Assembly (NCBI GenBank): GCA_030754595.1
Contig: JASLZZ010000126.1
Location: forward strand, 23,135-87,134
Direction of reading: 5' to 3'
DNA length: 64,000 nt
From: Nitrospinota bacterium
GTDB taxonomy: Bacteria; UBA8248
Below are positions 60,682 through 64,000 of the stretch, piece after piece. The translations under genes were made by a program, and so were the position numbers. How positions within the stretch are numbered: position 1 is the first letter of the stretch; every line of letters starts with the position of its first letter. Below the pieces are notes generated by a model. It saw only the letters and a program-made list of their open reading frames with translations, did not search any database and had not been told where the DNA came from.

Positions 60682-61563
60682 TCACATCACCCGCCAGCCG
60701 ATGATGGCGCCGCCCGCCACGGTGAGCGCGGTGCCCGCGACAATCAGCCGCGTCACGCGCTCGACATCCTTCAAAAAGAGATGGCTCATGACCAGGGCGA
60801 AGAACGGCGAAGTCGACGAGATCGGCGTCACGATGGTGATGTCTCCGCGCATGATCGCGTGGAAACTGATGATAAAGGTGGCCGTGTTGATCAGCCCGCA
60901 AACACCGTAGAAAAACCACGCCTTTCCCCAGCGCAGGTCGGGGCGGTAGCCGGGCGGCATGACAAGAGAAAAACCCAGGATGAATACCAGCCCCGAAATG
61001 CTCGTGAAGGTGACCCCTAACAGGGGCGTGTGGAGCATCCCCAGCCCAATCTTGCGGAGGATCGCCCCCGAGGCGAACGCAACCACGGCGACCAGGGGGA
61101 GCCAGATCAGGCGGCGGTTCCAGGCCGAGTCCCCTTTTTTCTTGATTGAAAAGGCCGCGCAGCCCGCGACGATGAGAAACGTCCCCGCCCAGATATAGGG
61201 CCCCGGCCGCTCGCCGAGTATCGCGTAGGCGAGCGCGGCCGCGACGAGGGGCTGAACCGATTTGAGGGGAATCGCCCGCGCCACCCCCAGATGGTGAATC
61301 CCCAGGAAGATGAGCATCCGCCCGATACAGGGCCCCGCCAGCCCGGCCGCGACGAAGAATCCGATCGCGGAGGGGTGCCACCACCCCGGCTCCCAAAGGA
61401 GCGCGGTCGCCGCCGAGAGGATCGGCACACTCACGATCAGGCCGATGAGCACCCCGGTCATCGCGTTGCCGTGGCGCTGGCCTTTCCGGATGATGATGCT
61501 GAAGGTGGCCGAGCCCACCGCCGCCATGAGCGCGAACGCGGCCGCCAGCGCGGGATCCTTCAC
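60682..61563 (-). CDS. EamA/DMT transporter (paralogue 3)
   Basis: same motifs; GTG start after GGGGAG. Confidence 0.9.
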   Translation of the reverse strand: MKDPALAAAFALMAAVGSATFSIIIRKGQRHGNAMTGVLIGLIVSVPILSAATALLWEPGWWHPSAIGFFVAAGLAGPCIGRMLIFLGIHHLGVARAIPLKSVQPLVAAALAYAILGERPGPYIWAGTFLIVAGCAAFSIKKKGDSAWNRRLIWLPLVAVVAFASGAILRKIGLGMLHTPLLGVTFTSISGLVFILGFSLVMPPGYRPDLRWGKAWFFYGVCGLINTATFIISFHAIMRGDITIVTPISSTSPFFALVMSHLFLKDVERVTRLIVAGTALTVAGGAIIGWRVM

Positions 61564-61576
61564 CTCCCCCCCTCCC

Positions 61577-62458
61577 TCACAGCACCCGCCAGGCGACGAG
61601 CGCCCCGCCGAACATGATCATCACCGCCCCCGCAGCGACGGGCCAGGTGATGCGCTCGAGGTCTCTCAGGAATATCCAGCTCGCCAGCAGGGCGAACAGC
61701 GCGGACGTCCCGAAGATCGGCGCCACTATCGTCAGATCGCCGAAACGCGTCGCGGCGAAGCGCGACATGAACGTGACGGTGTTGCAGAGCCCGCAGACGC
61801 CGTAGAAGCCCCACTTATTGCCCCAACTCAGGTCCGGCCGGTGGGTGGGAGGCAGGAACCGCCGGAGCAGGAAAAGAAAGACGACCGACGAGGTGTAGGT
61901 GACCGTCACCCCGAATATCACCGAGGGGTTCGCGTTCAGCCCCACCTTGCGGAGTATGTTTCCCGCCGTGAACCCCGTGACCGAGAGGAGGGGATACCAC
62001 AAAAAGCGCCGGTCCCAGTCAGCGCCGGCCCGGCCCTTCATCGTTATCCCGATGCAACCCGCGACGACGAGGAGGGTCCCCGCCCAGATATAGAGCCCCG
62101 GCCGCTCGCCGAGAAGCCCGAAGGCCGCCACCGCCGTCGTCAGGGGAAGCGTCGCGATCAGCGGTATCGCGCGCGCCACCCCGAGGTGGTGGACCGACTG
62201 GTACATGAACACCCGCCCGAGGGATGGGCCCACCAGCCCCAGCGCGACGAACCAACCGAACCGGTCGATGTCCCACCAATCGGGGTCCCAGAGAAGCGCA
62301 GTCGCGCCGTAGAGGAGCGGCAGACTCACTATGAGCCCGATGAGCACCCCGGTCGTCGCGTTGCCGTAGGCCTGACCCCGGCGGATGATGACGCTGACCG
62401 GGCCGCCAATCGCCGCCGTGAGCAGGGCGAACAAGGCGGCCAGCGTGGTGTCGTTCAT
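61577..62458 (-). CDS. EamA/DMT transporter (paralogue 2)
   Basis: same motifs; start at MNDTT by alignment with the paralogues. Confidence 0.9.
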   Translation of the reverse strand: MNDTTLAALFALLTAAIGGPVSVIIRRGQAYGNATTGVLIGLIVSLPLLYGATALLWDPDWWDIDRFGWFVALGLVGPSLGRVFMYQSVHHLGVARAIPLIATLPLTTAVAAFGLLGERPGLYIWAGTLLVVAGCIGITMKGRAGADWDRRFLWYPLLSVTGFTAGNILRKVGLNANPSVIFGVTVTYTSSVVFLFLLRRFLPPTHRPDLSWGNKWGFYGVCGLCNTVTFMSRFAATRFGDLTIVAPIFGTSALFALLASWIFLRDLERITWPVAAGAVMIMFGGALVAWRVL

Positions 62459-62632
62459 GAAGCGTTTTTCATCGGCAAATTCCAAAGTAAGGAAAAATTC
62501 AAAACCCGAAACCTTTCAAAGATAGCCCGGCGAGGCGACGCTTCCGGCTTCATGCCAGGGGAAACCCGTTGCGGGTCCGGCCACCTTGCCCGGACTGGCT
62601 CCCCTGCCGGAGTCCGGCCCCCCTGCCGGGGC

Positions 62633-63514
62633 CTAGAAGATGCCCCAGGAGATGATCCCCCCGCCGAAGACAACAAGTAGAGTCCCGATCACGAGCGGCG
62701 CCGTCACGCGCTCCATGTCCCTGAGCACGAAGCGGCTCAAAAAAAGCGCGAACAGCGGCGCCATCGACGAGAGGGGCGTCACGATCGTCAGATCGCCGTA
62801 GTTGAGCCCGCTGAAATGAAGAAACACCGAAACCCCGTTCAGCGCCCCGCTCGCCGTGTAGAGGAGCCAGGCCTTCGGACGGCCGAGTTGAGGGCGCTGG
62901 CCGGCCGGCAGCAGCCGCGACAACACAAAGAGACAGATCATCCCCGCGAAACTCATCACCGTGATCGCCACCAGGGGCGAATCCAAAAGCTCGACCCCCG
63001 CCTTGCGGAAAACGTGGGAGCCCGAGAACGCCATCACCCCCACGAGGGGGATCCACAGGTGGCGGCGGTTCCAGCTCTTGTCCTCGGCCTTTTTGTAGGT
63101 GATGATGATGCAGCCCGCGACGATGAACGCCGTCCCCGCCATGACCTCCGGGCCCGGCCGCTCGCCGAGCAGCCCGACGCCGAACACCACCGCGAAAAGA
63201 GGCATCGTCGCGGCCAGCGGCAGCGCCCGCGTGAGGCCCAGGTAGTGGATCGCCGCGAAGTAGAGCACCCTCCCGATGGCCGGGCCGAGCAGCCCACCCG
63301 CCGCCAGGAGCGCGTAGGCGCGCGGGTTCCACCACTCCGGCCGCCAGAGCGCCCACACCACCGCCGCGAGGGGAGGCGTCGTCACGATTAGCCCGATGAG
63401 CACCCCGGTCACCGCGTTGGCGTAGCTCCCCCCCCGGCGCACGAAGACCGAAAACGCGCCCGTGGACACAGCCGTCGAGATCGAAAAAAAACCCGCCAGC
63501 GCCGAGTCAGTCAT
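62633..63514 (-). CDS. EamA/DMT transporter (paralogue 1)
   Basis: same motifs. Confidence 0.9.
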   Translation of the reverse strand: MTDSALAGFFSISTAVSTGAFSVFVRRGGSYANAVTGVLIGLIVTTPPLAAVVWALWRPEWWNPRAYALLAAGGLLGPAIGRVLYFAAIHYLGLTRALPLAATMPLFAVVFGVGLLGERPGPEVMAGTAFIVAGCIIITYKKAEDKSWNRRHLWIPLVGVMAFSGSHVFRKAGVELLDSPLVAITVMSFAGMICLFVLSRLLPAGQRPQLGRPKAWLLYTASGALNGVSVFLHFSGLNYGDLTIVTPLSSMAPLFALFLSRFVLRDMERVTAPLVIGTLLVVFGGGIISWGIF

Positions 63515-63660
63515 GAGGCATGGATCATGGAAGGGATCCTGAAAGAGGAGAGCCTAAAAACCCACTTTAGCAAAGAAGAGGGGATTTTGCGCCCTCCCAT
63601 GTGCGGGACGCACTCCGCCGAGGAGGCGGCGGCTGTCTCCCCATTACTCCAGGCGCGCGC

Positions 63661-63693
63661 AAAAAAAGAGCGGGGCATCGCACCCCGCTCTTT
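63661..63693 (-). terminator. rho-independent terminator
   Basis: AAAGAGCGGGG/CCCCGCTCTTT stem, T7 on the minus strand. Confidence 0.8.
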
Positions 63694-64000
63694 ATGCTCA
63701 TTTTCTCTTACGGCCGGGGAATCTCCCTGGGGCCGTGCAGGACGGTCAGCCGCCCTTGAATGTCGATCAGTTTGCGCCGGCCTTGTGCTTGCTCCCCTCC
63801 CGGCCGGCGCCCGGAGACGGGGAGAATGGAAACTCGGCGTGCGTCATGCGGTTACGGTCCCGTGTCATCGAACCTTCCTTCTGTGTCGAGTCTCGCCTCT
63901 TCGTTCGGGACAACTCCCTTTTGCCCCATTGACCTGCCCCCGATAGTTGTACCACTAGCTACGAGAGTCCTGGAACCATGGACGAAGGGCGAAGCGGAGC

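Noticed and set aside
63692..63868. Triple-UGA read-through peptide containing UPSC followed by a hairpin
   Set aside because: TGA is the commonest chance stop at this GC content; no recognisable fold or homology support
63700..64000. tmRNA, SRP RNA or RNase P RNA
   Set aside because: Diagnostic motifs (tRNA-like ends with CCA, GGAAGCAG, GAGGAAAGTCC) not found

Overview
High-GC bacterial chromosomal window, probably from a diderm (LpxL-type acyltransferase, BON and TRAP lipoproteins); taxonomy cannot be fixed from sequence alone. Housekeeping genes (purD, dtd, nadK, recN, acs, thiSGE with a TPP riboswitch, bioA, yajQ, ABC-F) are interspersed with many catabolic oxidoreductases/hydrolases and transporters. 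Main points: (1) an 11-gene minus-strand type II fatty-acid/polyketide operon (12261-22155) with an oversized ACP, two canonical and two non-canonical ketosynthases (Cys->Ala, Cys->Ser), two FabZ-like dehydratases, KR, FabL-like ER, its own AcpS and a terminal LpxL-family acyltransferase, which is the best candidate for an undescribed specialised-lipid system; (2) an AhpD/CMD-like selenoprotein split by the ORF track (CxxU, in-frame TGA plus SECIS-like hairpin); (3) a ~110 bp MITE-like element, an HDOD gene broken by an amber codon, a degenerate amidase paired with GerMN, a degenerate LOV-like domain in a hybrid kinase, a complete TPAT transporter and four tandem EamA paralogues. No rRNA, tRNA, CRISPR array or transposase was seen. 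All calls come from reading motifs by eye; no searches were run.
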